Of a stretch of DNA of 64,000 bases, positions 29,289 to 39,666 are shown piece by piece (position 1 is the first letter of the stretch; the number at the start of each line of letters is the position of its first letter). The translations under genes and the position numbers were made by a program. This DNA comes from Acidimicrobiales bacterium (GTDB lineage: Bacteria > Actinomycetota > Acidimicrobiia > Acidimicrobiales > Aldehydirespiratoraceae). Below the pieces are notes generated by a model. That model ran no database searches, was not told the origin of the DNA, and saw only the letters and a list, made by a program, of their open reading frames with translations. The stretch spans positions 805,217-869,216 of the forward strand of contig OZ244029.1 of NCBI GenBank assembly GCA_965214945.1, in the 5' to 3' direction.

Positions 29289-29936
29289 ACTCCGCACCCT
29301 ACAAGACCCCACCTACAGTCTCCTGCGTGCCGGCCCGGAGCCGTCCAGCACGAGTTCCGGCTGAGTCAAGCGATAGATCAGCTCTCAATTGAAAACCGTC
29401 GCCAAGCGAGGCAGGCACTAGGTGCGCAGCGTGACCGATGCAGATCGTCTCCTCAAGGCCTTGCGCTGTAGTCAGCCGAGAAGCGCCTCGGCCGGTCGAT
29501 TCAAATCACCATCTGAGACGCTGACTGGCTAACGACCGGCACCGGTGACTTCCACACAACTGTTGACCCAGTGGCCCTAAGTACCCTCGACAACAGACGG
29601 CCATCGATGACCTAGTGCATGAGATTGACATTCTCCAGCAGCACCCACTACAGTGACCTGCGTAAACCCCGGAGCCGTCCCTGCCTCAGGCAAACGGCCG
29701 GGGTTTCTGAATTGCTGCCGGTGACGTTTCGCTGCCGCCTGAATACGTGACACGCCGACAGGATCGCAACCACGGCGCATAGCAGCTCCAGAGTGACAGC
29801 GCTTGGGTCCTAGCCATCGTCATGGCCGCTCACCCCGAAAGTCACAATCGTGTCGTCATCGGCTGACGGTGCCGCTGATTGAATCACACTTGGCTCGACA
29901 TCGAGCACCCTCTGGGCAGTCACCGCCTGCGCTACC

Positions 29937-30623
29937 GTGTCTCCCACTGTGGTGCCGAACGAAGCTGTGAGCTTCTTCAGTTCCGTATGTGGTGTGCTGA
30001 TCGGTCTGCTGGTCGCCTGCGTATTGGCCATCTCGGCATGCGCTGATGACAAGCTTGCGACCGTGCCAGAGGTATCGGCATTGCCAGAGGTTTCGGCATT
30101 GCCCGAAGATTCGGTCGCACCTGAAGACCTGTCCTCGCTTGAGGACTCAGCCGCACCCGACGGCACCGTGCTTGAAGATCCGGATCCAGCGGAGAGTCCG
30201 GCTGAGTTCTATGTGCATCTGCTCCCCGCCAAAAGCGACGACTGCGCCACGACAGTCGCGGCTCAGCGGCAAGCACAGACCGATGGCACGCTGCGCGAGG
30301 CTCTTGCTCAACTCCTGGCCGGTCCGTCAACCGAGGAACAGGCCGCCGAACTCCATAGCTGGTTCTCCTCTCAGACGGCCGGGATGCTCAATACCGTGAC
30401 GATCAGCAGCGGCTTGGCCGAGGTGGACTTCACCAACTTCTCCGATGTGATGCCCAACGCCTCCACGTCGTGCGGCAGCACAGCGCTGCTTGCCCAGCTC
30501 GACCGCACGGTGTTGCAGTTCGGTGAGATCGACCGGGTCGTCTATTCCTTCGATGGCGACCGGGTTGCCTTCTATGAATGGCTGCAGCTCGCCCCACCCG
30601 AGTCAACATCTCGCTGTCGCTGA
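29937..30623 (+). CDS. GerMN-domain lipoprotein
   Basis: lipobox ISAC; ALAQLLAGPS, AEVDFT, LAQLDRTVLQF..IDRVVYSFDG; PEVSAL repeats. Confidence 0.8.
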   Translation: MSPTVVPNEAVSFFSSVCGVLIGLLVACVLAISACADDKLATVPEVSALPEVSALPEDSVAPEDLSSLEDSAAPDGTVLEDPDPAESPAEFYVHLLPAKSDDCATTVAAQRQAQTDGTLREALAQLLAGPSTEEQAAELHSWFSSQTAGMLNTVTISSGLAEVDFTNFSDVMPNASTSCGSTALLAQLDRTVLQFGEIDRVVYSFDGDRVAFYEWLQLAPPESTSRCR

Positions 30624-31135
30624 TCAACGGCCCGGTGGAGGGCGACAGCTATCGGATGTACTGCGGGCCGGCGGTCTTCAATCTGCTTCGCCATTCGATC
30701 ATCCTCGATGCGGTCGAGTCATTGATCGGCCCCGAGATTTCATCAAACCCGGTGCAGCAGATGCGGATGAAGCCCTCAGAGGAGTTGATGACCGACGACA
30801 TGCTGAGGGCGCACTCCAATGTCGGGCCGACCACCTGGCATCAGGACATGGTAGCCTTGCTGCCCGAAGCCGACGACACCCAAATCGTCACTGTTTGGCT
30901 GGCTCTCACCGACGCTTTCGAGAAAAACGGCTGTCTGGTGTCGATGCCGGGCTCGCATCGTCTCGGTCCACAGGTGCATTGCGTGAACGAGGTGCTGGCC
31001 TCAGAGCCGAACGTTCCGCCGTCGGTGCTCGCCGGTATGCCTCGGCGACCGCTGCCGGTGCGACGCGGGGGAGTGGTGCTGTTTCACAAGCACAACGTGC
31101 ACCGCTCGCTGTCCAACCGCTCCGGTCGGCTGCGT
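30602..31135 (+). pseudogene. phytanoyl-CoA dioxygenase (PhyH) family internal fragment
   Basis: LDAVESLIGPEI, TTWHQD, VTVWLALTDA..ENGCL-like, PGSH, LFHKHNVHRSLSNRS; N-terminus missing and final strands replaced by antisense of the E1-beta gene. Confidence 0.75.
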
Positions 31136-31144
31136 TGTTGTCGC

Positions 31145-32116
31145 TCACGGCAGCGATCGAACCGCTGCCACGACGCGTGCCACGTCCGGGATAGCGGCGG
31201 CTTCGAGGTTCGCTGCGAACGGGATAGGCACGGGTTCTCCCGCGACGCGAATGATCGGGCCGTCGAGGTCAAAGAGTGCATGCTCTGCAACAATGGACGA
31301 GACCTCGGCTCCCCAACCGCAGGGTCGAGGGTTCTCTTCAACGATCACAAGCCGTGACGTCTTAGACACCGAGCTGAGCACCGCTTCCGCGTCGAGCGGG
31401 TAGAGGGTACGCAGATCAAGCACCTCACAGCTGGTGCCTTCGCCTGCGAGCTGTTCTGCGGCTTCGGCAGCGACCGGAACCATCGCAGCTAGCGCCACCA
31501 GCGTCACGTCGGTTCCTTCCCTCACTGGGCGCGCATGTCCGAACGGCACCCAGTAGTCGTTGTCTGGAACATCTTCTTTGGTGTCGAAAAGTGCCTTGTG
31601 TTCGAAGAATACGACTGGATCATCATCATCGACTGCAGTGGCCATTAGCCCGACGAGGTCGGCCGGCGAGGAGGGTGCGACGACCTTTAGGCCGGGCGTC
31701 ATCATCGCAAGATTCTCGAGTGATTGGCTGTGCTGAGCCCCGAAACCGAGGCCTGCGCCGTTGTGCACCCGAATGACGAGAGGGGATTCGAGCTGTCCGC
31801 CGGACATGTAGCGGCTCTTAGCGATCTCGTTGGCGACACCGTCCCAGCACACGGGAAGGAAGTCGGAGAACATGATTTCTGCGATCGGGCGAAGCCCTGT
31901 CATGGCTGCGCCCATGGCGGCGCCGATGATTGCCTGTTCAGCAATAGGGGTGTCGCGGACTCGTACCGGTCCGAACTCTTCGAGGAGCCCGACCGTTGAC
32001 TTGAAAGCGCCGCCTGCGGCGGCGACGTCTTCGCCGAGGAAAACGACACGGTCGTCTCGTCGCATTGCCCGTGCGATTCCCTCGCTGATCGCTTTTCGGT
32101 AGTTCATGACGGTCAT
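31145..32116 (-). CDS. TPP-dependent 2-oxoacid/acetoin dehydrogenase E1 beta subunit
   Basis: GEDV, RVRDTPIAE, EIMFSDF, AQHSQS, FFEHK, DLRTLYPLD. Confidence 0.93.
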   Translation of the reverse strand: MTVMNYRKAISEGIARAMRRDDRVVFLGEDVAAAGGAFKSTVGLLEEFGPVRVRDTPIAEQAIIGAAMGAAMTGLRPIAEIMFSDFLPVCWDGVANEIAKSRYMSGGQLESPLVIRVHNGAGLGFGAQHSQSLENLAMMTPGLKVVAPSSPADLVGLMATAVDDDDPVVFFEHKALFDTKEDVPDNDYWVPFGHARPVREGTDVTLVALAAMVPVAAEAAEQLAGEGTSCEVLDLRTLYPLDAEAVLSSVSKTSRLVIVEENPRPCGWGAEVSSIVAEHALFDLDGPIIRVAGEPVPIPFAANLEAAAIPDVARVVAAVRSLP

Positions 32117-32130
32117 TGGATGGTTCTCCG

Positions 32131-33099
32131 TCAACTCGCGTAGGTGTGGGTGAATAGCTCTTCGTTCGATGGTTCGGGGGCTGCGAGTGCTCGTTCGACG
32201 ATCTGGTCGTAGCGGCGAACGATGCCCCTTCTGGCGTCATCGAGTTCGGTTTGAGCGACTCCTCGCTCGGCGAGGAGTCGCTCAATGGCGTCGATCGGGT
32301 CGCGACTCAGCCATTCCGCAACTTCTTCCTCGGGCCGATAGGTGGCAGGATCGGCCCGAGAATGCCCACCGTGGCGATAAGTCTTCGCTTCGATGATCGT
32401 GGGGCCATTACCGGCGCGGGCACGCTCGACCGCATCCGAGACCGTTTCGTGGACTGCGACTACGTCGTTGCCGTCGACTACAACCCCGGGGATGGCGTAG
32501 GCGGAGGCCCGATCCGCAGCGGCGTCAGCGACCGGAACAACGGTATGCGTGGGCGAGTACTCAGAATAGAGGTTGTTCTCACAGATGAAGATCACTGGGA
32601 GCCCCCATGTTGCTGCGAGTCCGACGCCCTCGTGGAACGCACCGATCGGCGTAGTCCCGTCGCCGAAGAAGACTGTCGTGACTTCGTCGGTTTCTCGGAG
32701 TTGTGAAGACCAGGCGCACCCGACCGCGATAGGGATCTGGGCGCCAACGATTGCGTACGCGCCATAGAGTCCTTTGCTGGTGTCGGTGAGGTGCATTGAC
32801 CCGCCCCGACCTCCACAGCAGCCGTCCGCCCGGCCGAGGATCTCGGCCATCGCTGCATAAGGGTCCATTCCCCGTGCCAGACAGTGGTGGTGGCCGCGGT
32901 AGGTGCACAATGTCTTGTCGCCGTCTCGAAGCACCGACGCCGCCCCAACAGCGACGGCCTCTTGTCCGATCGCAAGGTGCGTCGTTCCCCGCACGAGACC
33001 GCGGGTGAACAGATCCATCACGCGTGACTCGAACTCTCGGATATCGACCATGGCGGCATGCCACTGCTGGAGTTGTTCAGTTGAGACATCAACGGCCAT
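32131..33099 (-). CDS. TPP-dependent 2-oxoacid/acetoin dehydrogenase E1 alpha subunit
   Basis: HLAIGQEA, TYRGH, GRGGSMH, FFGDG..ENN TPP motif, TYRHGGHS. Confidence 0.93.
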   Translation of the reverse strand: MAVDVSTEQLQQWHAAMVDIREFESRVMDLFTRGLVRGTTHLAIGQEAVAVGAASVLRDGDKTLCTYRGHHHCLARGMDPYAAMAEILGRADGCCGGRGGSMHLTDTSKGLYGAYAIVGAQIPIAVGCAWSSQLRETDEVTTVFFGDGTTPIGAFHEGVGLAATWGLPVIFICENNLYSEYSPTHTVVPVADAAADRASAYAIPGVVVDGNDVVAVHETVSDAVERARAGNGPTIIEAKTYRHGGHSRADPATYRPEEEVAEWLSRDPIDAIERLLAERGVAQTELDDARRGIVRRYDQIVERALAAPEPSNEELFTHTYAS

Positions 33100-33124
33100 G
33101 GGCGACTGCTCCTCGCGGCATCGG

Positions 33125-33157
33125 CCGCTGGGTGTGCCCATCGGGCACACCCAGCGG
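33125..33157. other. perfect 15-bp stem hairpin in E1-alpha leader
   Basis: ccgctgggtgtgccc-atc-gggcacacccagcgg. Confidence 0.8.
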
Positions 33158-33170
33158 GTAACAACAATAG

Positions 33171-33198
33171 ATGGAAACGTTACCAGTATCGTTTGCTG
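33171..33198. promoter_or_regulatory. tandem LacI-type operator site 1
   Basis: atggaaacgttaccagtatcgtttgctg between divergent E1-alpha and lacI. Confidence 0.7.
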
Positions 33199-33313
33199 GA
33201 TGGCTGGTTCAGGCCAGAACTCAGCCTCAGCACCGCACCTGCGACCGGTTCCGCAACCGTTTCAAACGGCGTTAGAGTGCTGTGACCTTGGCGTCGCTCG
33301 AGGGGTTCCGTTC

Positions 33314-34321
33314 ATGGCCAATCTAGTCAATCGGGCGACATCGCCGACCTTGAGTGACGTCGCGAAGGCGGCTGGCGTAGCAATATCGTCGGTCTCGCGG
33401 GCGCTGACTGGACATCCGGATGTGTCCGACACCATGAGAGCGAAGGTGCTCGAAGCAGCCGACAGGCTTGACTATGAACCCGACTTCGTGGCCCAGAGCC
33501 TGCGCTCCGGATCGACGATGACTGTGGCCCTGCTGGCCCGTGACATTTCCAACCCCTTATTCGCCCAGATTGCCCGCGGCGCTGAATCCGCAAGCCGAGA
33601 CGCCGGCTACTCGATCATGCTCGTCAACAGTGATGGCAGTGCCAAGATCGAGGCCGATCACGTGCGGAACCTTCGCAGGCGAAGGGTGGACGGATACTTG
33701 GTATCGCTTGTCGACGAGGCTGCGAGTGGGACGATGGAGGAACTCAACCGGACAGGGGCTGCGATCGTGCTCGTCGATCGAGAGTCACCCCAGCTTCAAG
33801 CCGCCGCCGTTTTGTCGGACCATTATCACGGTATGCGAGCGGCGGTCGAGCAGCTTGTGTCGTCGGAAGCGGCGGAACGGGTGGGCATGATCACCGGAGG
33901 GCTGAATACACGGCCAACCAGGGAACGTCTCCGCGGGCTCCGCGATGGCCTCGCCTCTGCCAGCATTGAACTCGACCGGAGCCTGATGCGCACCCACGAC
34001 TGGTCCGAGGCCAGCGCGCGCAGCGCAACCGAGGAACTTCTCGCTCTCGACGATCCGCCATCAGCGGTCATTGCGGGTGGGGCACAAAGCACCGTTGGCG
34101 TTATAAGCGTAATCGCGCGGACGTCACCGAAGCGACGTCCTGCGCTGATCGTATGCGATGACGTTCCCCTTCTCGGCCAGGTTCCGTTCCCGCTCGGAGT
34201 GGTAAGTCGCGACGCGACTCTGATCGGGCGAACAGCCGCCGAGCTTCTGCTTGAGATGCTTCAAGGCGAACCGCCAAGGTTCGTCACCCTCCCCACAACC
34301 TTCGAGCCTCGAAACGGCTGA
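33314..34321 (+). CDS. LacI-family transcriptional regulator
   Basis: PTLSDVAKAAGVAISSVSRAL HTH, LDYEPD..AQSLR hinge, periplasmic-binding fold. Confidence 0.95.
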   Translation: MANLVNRATSPTLSDVAKAAGVAISSVSRALTGHPDVSDTMRAKVLEAADRLDYEPDFVAQSLRSGSTMTVALLARDISNPLFAQIARGAESASRDAGYSIMLVNSDGSAKIEADHVRNLRRRRVDGYLVSLVDEAASGTMEELNRTGAAIVLVDRESPQLQAAAVLSDHYHGMRAAVEQLVSSEAAERVGMITGGLNTRPTRERLRGLRDGLASASIELDRSLMRTHDWSEASARSATEELLALDDPPSAVIAGGAQSTVGVISVIARTSPKRRPALIVCDDVPLLGQVPFPLGVVSRDATLIGRTAAELLLEMLQGEPPRFVTLPTTFEPRNG

Positions 34322-34369
34322 CCGCGAACGCTCGACATCACCCGCTAACGTCCGACATGGCCGGGGTGG

Positions 34370-35914
34370 CTAATGCGAAACGGCGGCCTCGCTCTGGCCC
34401 GCTGCCTCCACCAGCACGGCCCGGCTGAGAGCTGTGGTGTCGTTGAATGTCGCCACGACCGCTCCGGCCACGATCACATGGACACGTCCGGCCAATCTGA
34501 TCACCTCGTCGACATCGGAGGAAACAACCAGCACCGCGTTGCCGCCTGCAACAGCCGATTCGATCTGCTGATAGATCTCGGCTCTTGCCCGCACATCGAC
34601 TCCCCGTGTTGGCTCCACCAACACCAGAATGTCCGCGTCGCGCTCAAGCCATCGCCCCAGGATGACCTTCTGCTGATTGCCCCCGGAGAGGGTTTCGATG
34701 CGCTGCCTGGGGCCGCCTGGCGCTGCGATGTCGAGCTTCTTGCTCCAACGATCGAAAATTCGACGAAGCCGCGCCGATGTCAGCACACCGCGGCGAGCGA
34801 CCCGTGGCCAGGCCGCAACAGTGAGATTTTCTGCCGCTCCCAGCCCTGTTAGCAGTCCTCTCTTCTTGCGATCAGGAGACACGTAGCCGATGCCCGCAGC
34901 GATAGCAGCTCGCGGCGACGTTGGCCCGGCAGACTCGCCAACAGAAATGTTGCCGCCGTTGATCTTGCGCACTCCAAAGACGGCCTGCGCAAGCTCGACC
35001 GCTCCGCAGCCGACGCGGCCGAACAAGACGATGATCTCGCCGGATCGGACCTCGAAGCTGACGTTTCGAACCTTGTCTCCTACGCACACCTCATCGAGTG
35101 CCAACACAACATCGCCGCCCCCGCGAACGGTGTCGTAGATCGTGGCTGCAGGGCCGACGCCGGCATCACCGACCATCGCTGCAACGATGTCGCCTCTTGA
35201 GACCTCGCTGAATGAGGTGGGCGGCAGGGCAACGTAGCCGTCACGGAATACGGCCACTCGATCAGCGAGCTCTTCGAGTTCGTCGAGGCGATGGGTGATG
35301 TAGATGATCGCCACGCCGTCCTGTCGCAGGCTTCGGATGAGGTCGAACAGGCGGTTCGCCTCTGTGTCGGAGAGAGCTGATGTTGGTTCGTCGAGAATGA
35401 GCAGGCGGGCTCGCCGCATGAGAGCCCTCACGATCTCGACCACCTGACGCTGCGCTACGCCGAGTGTTCCGACCTCAGCGTCGATGTCGATGTCGACGCC
35501 GATCCTCGAAAGTGCTTTCGTGGCGTTCGCGCGAACCTTCGACCATCGGACAATTCCGCGGGATGCGACAAGGTCACCGAGATGGAGATTCTCGGCCACC
35601 GTGAGATCGGGCGCGTCGTTGAACTCCTGATGGATGACTCTGATACCAAGGTCATGGGCGTCCCTTGGACCGCGCAGATCCGTGATAACACCGTCCACGT
35701 AGACGCTCCCTGCGTCAGCTGGGTACTCGCCCGACAGAATCTTGATCGCCGTTGACTTGCCGGCCCCGTTTTCTCCGAGCAGCGCTAGAACCTCGCCCCC
35801 GTGGACGTTGAGCGCGATTGCGTGGAGAACCTCCACACCGCCAAAGCTCTTGCAAATCCCTTCCAGGCGGATCTCCATCTGTTCGTCTCCTGCTGGCGCG
35901 CGACTTCCGCTCAT
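34370..35914 (-). CDS. CUT2 sugar ABC transporter ATP-binding protein (RbsA-like)
   Basis: LLGENGAGKST, ILDEPTSAL, ITHRL, LSGGNQQKV, EPTRGVDV. Confidence 0.95.
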   Translation of the reverse strand: MSGSRAPAGDEQMEIRLEGICKSFGGVEVLHAIALNVHGGEVLALLGENGAGKSTAIKILSGEYPADAGSVYVDGVITDLRGPRDAHDLGIRVIHQEFNDAPDLTVAENLHLGDLVASRGIVRWSKVRANATKALSRIGVDIDIDAEVGTLGVAQRQVVEIVRALMRRARLLILDEPTSALSDTEANRLFDLIRSLRQDGVAIIYITHRLDELEELADRVAVFRDGYVALPPTSFSEVSRGDIVAAMVGDAGVGPAATIYDTVRGGGDVVLALDEVCVGDKVRNVSFEVRSGEIIVLFGRVGCGAVELAQAVFGVRKINGGNISVGESAGPTSPRAAIAAGIGYVSPDRKKRGLLTGLGAAENLTVAAWPRVARRGVLTSARLRRIFDRWSKKLDIAAPGGPRQRIETLSGGNQQKVILGRWLERDADILVLVEPTRGVDVRARAEIYQQIESAVAGGNAVLVVSSDVDEVIRLAGRVHVIVAGAVVATFNDTTALSRAVLVEAAGQSEAAVSH

Positions 35915-36933
35915 GTCTCGCCGGCGATCTTGAGCCTGATCTGGTCGAGCGCAACAGCGAGGATCAGCACTGCGCCTCGAGCAATGTCTTGCCAGAAAGA
36001 CGATACGTTGATGAGGGTCAATCCGTTGTTTAGCGTGCCGATGATGAACACGCCGAGCGCGGCGCCGATGATGCTGCCACGGCCCCCGGCAAGGCTGGCC
36101 CCTCCCAGCACTACCGCCGCGACAACGGACAACTCAAGCCCGAGCGCCGCGTTCGGCGATGCGGCGCGCAACTGTGACGTGAGAATCAACCCGGCGAAGG
36201 CCGCTGCGAAGCCCGACGCGACAAACAGCAGGAAGATGTTTCGTCGCACCGAAATACCGGCAAGCCGGGCTGCCTGTGGGTTGGACCCAAGTGCGTACAC
36301 CGACCGACCAAAGACCGTGAACCGCATGGCGAGTCCGGCTACGGCCACAACGAGGATGAAGATGGCGACTTGGGTTGGAATACCGACGATCTCGCCGCTG
36401 CCGAGCCACCGGAACCCTTCGATGCGGATCGTCTGGCCATTGGAGATCAGCCGGGCTGCGCCTCGAAAGATGGAGAACCCTCCCAAGGTCACGATCAGCG
36501 AGTTCACTCCGAGCCATGTCACCAGTGCGCCATTGGTGGCACCGATCGCGAGGCCCAACAGCAGAGTAAGGACGACACCGATAGCCAACGATCCTCCATC
36601 GGCGAATTCGGCCATCCAGATCCCCGAGAGCGCGGCGAGCGACCCGACTGAGAGGTCGACATTGCCTGAGATCACCAGCATTGCTTGCGGTGCAGCCAGG
36701 ATCCCCAACACTGCGACCGACAGCAGGATGTTCCGGAGGTTGTTGGTGGTGAAGAAGACTTCGCTGCGTGCCGTGAAGTAGGCGACAAGCGCCACAAGGA
36801 ACACGACGAGTACGAACTCAGGAGGGCTTGTGGCTACGCGTTGTCGCCAGTTCCGGCTCACCAGAGACATCGGCTCAGGCGAGAGCGACATCGGCTCAGG
36901 CGAGGTGTTAGGGGTGTTTGCGTCGGCAGTCAT
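35911..36933 (-). CDS. CUT2 sugar ABC transporter permease (RbsC-like)
   Basis: SGNVDLSVGS, FGRSVYALGSNPQAARLAGI, VVLGGASLAGGRG. Confidence 0.95.
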   Translation of the reverse strand: MTADANTPNTSPEPMSLSPEPMSLVSRNWRQRVATSPPEFVLVVFLVALVAYFTARSEVFFTTNNLRNILLSVAVLGILAAPQAMLVISGNVDLSVGSLAALSGIWMAEFADGGSLAIGVVLTLLLGLAIGATNGALVTWLGVNSLIVTLGGFSIFRGAARLISNGQTIRIEGFRWLGSGEIVGIPTQVAIFILVVAVAGLAMRFTVFGRSVYALGSNPQAARLAGISVRRNIFLLFVASGFAAAFAGLILTSQLRAASPNAALGLELSVVAAVVLGGASLAGGRGSIIGAALGVFIIGTLNNGLTLINVSSFWQDIARGAVLILAVALDQIRLKIAGET

Positions 36934-36956
36934 AGTGTTGCCATTGTCTCCTGTCA

Positions 36957-36997
36957 GGGTGGGTGTGGCTGGGACTACGTCCCAGCCACACCCACCC
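36957..36997. other. perfect 19-bp stem hairpin between binding-protein and permease genes
   Basis: gggtgggtgtggctgggac-tac-gtcccagccacacccaccc; typical position of an mRNA-stabilising or attenuating hairpin in ABC operons. Confidence 0.8.
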
Positions 36998-37025
36998 AAC
37001 CTGGAGGGTCAGTTTGGATCCGCTT

Positions 37026-38201
37026 CTACCCGGCCGGGTAGTACTGGTCGATGCCGGCAGCATCGAGGAACAGGTGGTCCACCAGCAGCGGGTCTTCGAC
37101 AGTTTCACCGTTCATCATGGCAATGATGTTCGGTATCAGGATCTCACCGTAGAGTTCGGGGAAGTAGCCCGTAGAACCCAGGTAGTCGGGATTCTCCCGA
37201 ACCACATCGTGGACGCTGGAATCGGCACCCTGGCTGGCGAAGATGACCTGACCCTCACGGCCTGCTTCTTCCACCGCAGCCAAGAAGCCGAGACAGGAAT
37301 CATCGTTGATGCACAAGGCGATGACCTGGTCGGCATTAGGGTTCGCAGTGAGCCAATCGCGGCCCTTCTCAAACCCGGGATCGAGACGGTCGGCGTCGAG
37401 CCGGGTGATGATCGAACCTGCTTCGTCAGGGTCCCAATCCTCGAAATCGCCGAGGTTCAGATCGCCACACACCGACTGCACACCGCGGATGCCGCCATTG
37501 AGACGGTCGATGTTGACTTGCCCGACACCGAAGCCCTCAAAGGTGACGATGGCGTCGACCTCACAGCCCCAGCGGGAGTCTGCCTCCGCGCCGGCGGCCT
37601 GGCCGGCAACCTCACCAGCAAACCCGTTGTCGGCGCCCATGAACACCGCACACGACGGATGCGCGATGTCGATAGCGATCACCGGCCGATCACCGATGGC
37701 GTCGCAGACGGCTTCTTCGGCGGCGCTGTCGACCTGGAATTCGATCACCGCATCAACGCCTTGAGTGTCGAACAGGCGCGCATTGTCCAACGCGATCGAC
37801 CCGTCCAAGGCGTTGTCAGCGTTGAGGATCTCCACGTTGCACAGGTCAGCGACACGCTCGATGCCTTCGCGAACCGATACCGCGAAAGGCACTGACTCGC
37901 CGAGGTTGGCGAACCCTACCGTTCGACCCTCGCCGTCTTGGCCTTCGCACAGCGGATCCAACGCCGGCGCAGCATCACCCGCCGGTGCAGCATCACCATC
38001 ATCTGACGACGAGGAATCGTCACCACCAGCCGACGCCGGCGCATCGTCACCACCATCCGACGACGGGGAATCGTCTGATGCCGTGTCGTCATCGTCGTCA
38101 CCGCATGCTGCTGCGATAAGCGCGAAGACAGCGAGCAGTGCAAGGAGAAGTCGCCAGTGTCTGTGCTGACGCCTTTGTCGTTTGTCCGCTTGTAGTTCCA
38201 T
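37026..38201 (-). CDS. sugar ABC transporter substrate-binding lipoprotein
   Basis: lipobox IAAACG, acidic linker, PVIAIDI, FMGADN, CINDD periplasmic-binding type I motifs. Confidence 0.9.
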   Translation of the reverse strand: MELQADKRQRRQHRHWRLLLALLAVFALIAAACGDDDDDTASDDSPSSDGGDDAPASAGGDDSSSSDDGDAAPAGDAAPALDPLCEGQDGEGRTVGFANLGESVPFAVSVREGIERVADLCNVEILNADNALDGSIALDNARLFDTQGVDAVIEFQVDSAAEEAVCDAIGDRPVIAIDIAHPSCAVFMGADNGFAGEVAGQAAGAEADSRWGCEVDAIVTFEGFGVGQVNIDRLNGGIRGVQSVCGDLNLGDFEDWDPDEAGSIITRLDADRLDPGFEKGRDWLTANPNADQVIALCINDDSCLGFLAAVEEAGREGQVIFASQGADSSVHDVVRENPDYLGSTGYFPELYGEILIPNIIAMMNGETVEDPLLVDHLFLDAAGIDQYYPAG

Positions 38202-38232
38202 TGGATTCCCTCCTTAGTTGTGGGGTTTTCGT

Positions 38233-39369
38233 TCAGGAGCTGTGTGCTCCTGAGGCGATCTGGTGCGCCGCGATGTAGTCCTCGTCGAGTTGCCAGCCGA
38301 GTCCAGGTCGCTCCGACAAGACATAGGAGCCGTCAACGAGCTGTGGCGGGTTGGCGACCAGGTTGTGCCAGATGGGGTCCCGTTCGGGCCAGAACATCTC
38401 CACGAACGTTCCGTTGGGGATTCCGGCCAACAGGTGCAACGCCACCTGCGGTTCCTCGTGGTGCGCCATCTGGACGCCGTAGGCGAGTGACATTGCAGCA
38501 ACCCGGCGCCATTCGGTCGGACCGCCAGACCATGAGCTGTCGAAGTTGCAGAAATCGATGGCCCCGCTCGCCATAAGCTCACGACAACCGCCCGCGGAGA
38601 ACTCGGTTTGGCCGGCGCAGACCGAGACGCTGGCGAGAGTCCGCACGTCCCGCATCGCCGTGCGGTCGATGTCCCACCGGCACGGTTCCTCGAACCAGTA
38701 GAGGTCGTCGTCGGCTGCACGCCTGGCGAACTCAACGGCGTCAGGCACGGTCCACCCCTGGTTTGCGTCCGCCATCAACACGAGATCGTCGCCGGCTACG
38801 GCTCTGGCCCTCGCAAGACGGGCCGCGTCCTCGCTCGGAGTTTCCCCGCCGACCTTGAACTTCATTCCGGCGACTCCCCAGTCGAGGAGTCGCTCGACCT
38901 CTTCCTCGATCGATAGCTCCGAGCCGTAATACCCGCCGATCACCGAGGTCGGAACTCGATCGCGGAAGCCTCCCCACAGCCGCCAGAGCGGTTGGGAGAG
39001 GCTCTTGCCCACTGCGTCCCACACAGCGGTATCGACGCCTGCGGTGGCCACGAGACCGATGCGACGGTCTCGAAGGATGTCGAAGGTGGCTGCCCTGCAG
39101 GAGTCCCACAGGCGCTCGACCGCGAAGAGTTCTTCACCGATCAGTTTCGGCTTCAGCTCATTGTGGATGACGCCTTCGATCTCCGCGAGCGTGGCGTCCT
39201 CATCGCCTGCGTAAGCCTCGCCGACTACCCCGTTGCCGCAAGTGATCCTGACGATGATCGTCGACCTGTGCGTCATCGAGTAGTTGCTGCCGGCGAAGCG
39301 TCGGGCCAACGGAACGCGAATTGCGGTCGTCGTGAGGTCGACGATCCGCACACTGCCGGCAGCGGCCAC
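38233..39369 (-). CDS. mandelate racemase/muconate lactonizing enzyme family (probable acid-sugar dehydratase)
   Basis: VDTAVWDAVGK..QPLWRLWGG, KFKVG, ADANQGW, WFEEP; start placed downstream of operator. Confidence 0.9.
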   Translation of the reverse strand: MAAAGSVRIVDLTTTAIRVPLARRFAGSNYSMTHRSTIIVRITCGNGVVGEAYAGDEDATLAEIEGVIHNELKPKLIGEELFAVERLWDSCRAATFDILRDRRIGLVATAGVDTAVWDAVGKSLSQPLWRLWGGFRDRVPTSVIGGYYGSELSIEEEVERLLDWGVAGMKFKVGGETPSEDAARLARARAVAGDDLVLMADANQGWTVPDAVEFARRAADDDLYWFEEPCRWDIDRTAMRDVRTLASVSVCAGQTEFSAGGCRELMASGAIDFCNFDSSWSGGPTEWRRVAAMSLAYGVQMAHHEEPQVALHLLAGIPNGTFVEMFWPERDPIWHNLVANPPQLVDGSYVLSERPGLGWQLDEDYIAAHQIASGAHSS

Positions 39370-39399
39370 GGTCTTGCTCTCGTCGCGGTGATCGATCAA

Positions 39400-39427
39400 C
39401 GGCAAACGCTCCCGGAATCGTTTCCAG
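39400..39427. promoter_or_regulatory. tandem LacI-type operator site 2
   Basis: cggcaaacgctcccggaatcgtttccag. Confidence 0.6.
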
Positions 39428-39450
39428 CCAGGATAAGCCTCTGTGCCCCT

Positions 39451-39560
39451 AAGCGTCAAGCGTGCCCCCGAGCGTCAAGCCGTAACCCAAGCGTCAAGCC
39501 GTAAGTTGTCGGATCTGGGAGCCGGGAAGTGTCGGATCTGGAAGCCGTGAGTTGTCGGAT
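39451..39560. repeat. stuttered short direct repeats in divergent promoter
   Basis: agcgtcaagc x3 then gtcggatctgg x3, running into the operator. Confidence 0.75.
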
Positions 39561-39588
39561 CTGGAATCGTTACCGGTAATGATTCCAG
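39561..39588. promoter_or_regulatory. tandem LacI-type operator site 3
   Basis: ctggaatcgttaccggtaatgattccag, near-perfect 28-bp palindrome. Confidence 0.8.
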
Positions 39589-39666
39589 CAATGCCCGTTT
39601 GCAGCACTGCCCGACGAACATTGCCCGACGATTGCAGCACTGACCCAAGCAACAGGATGTACGCCC

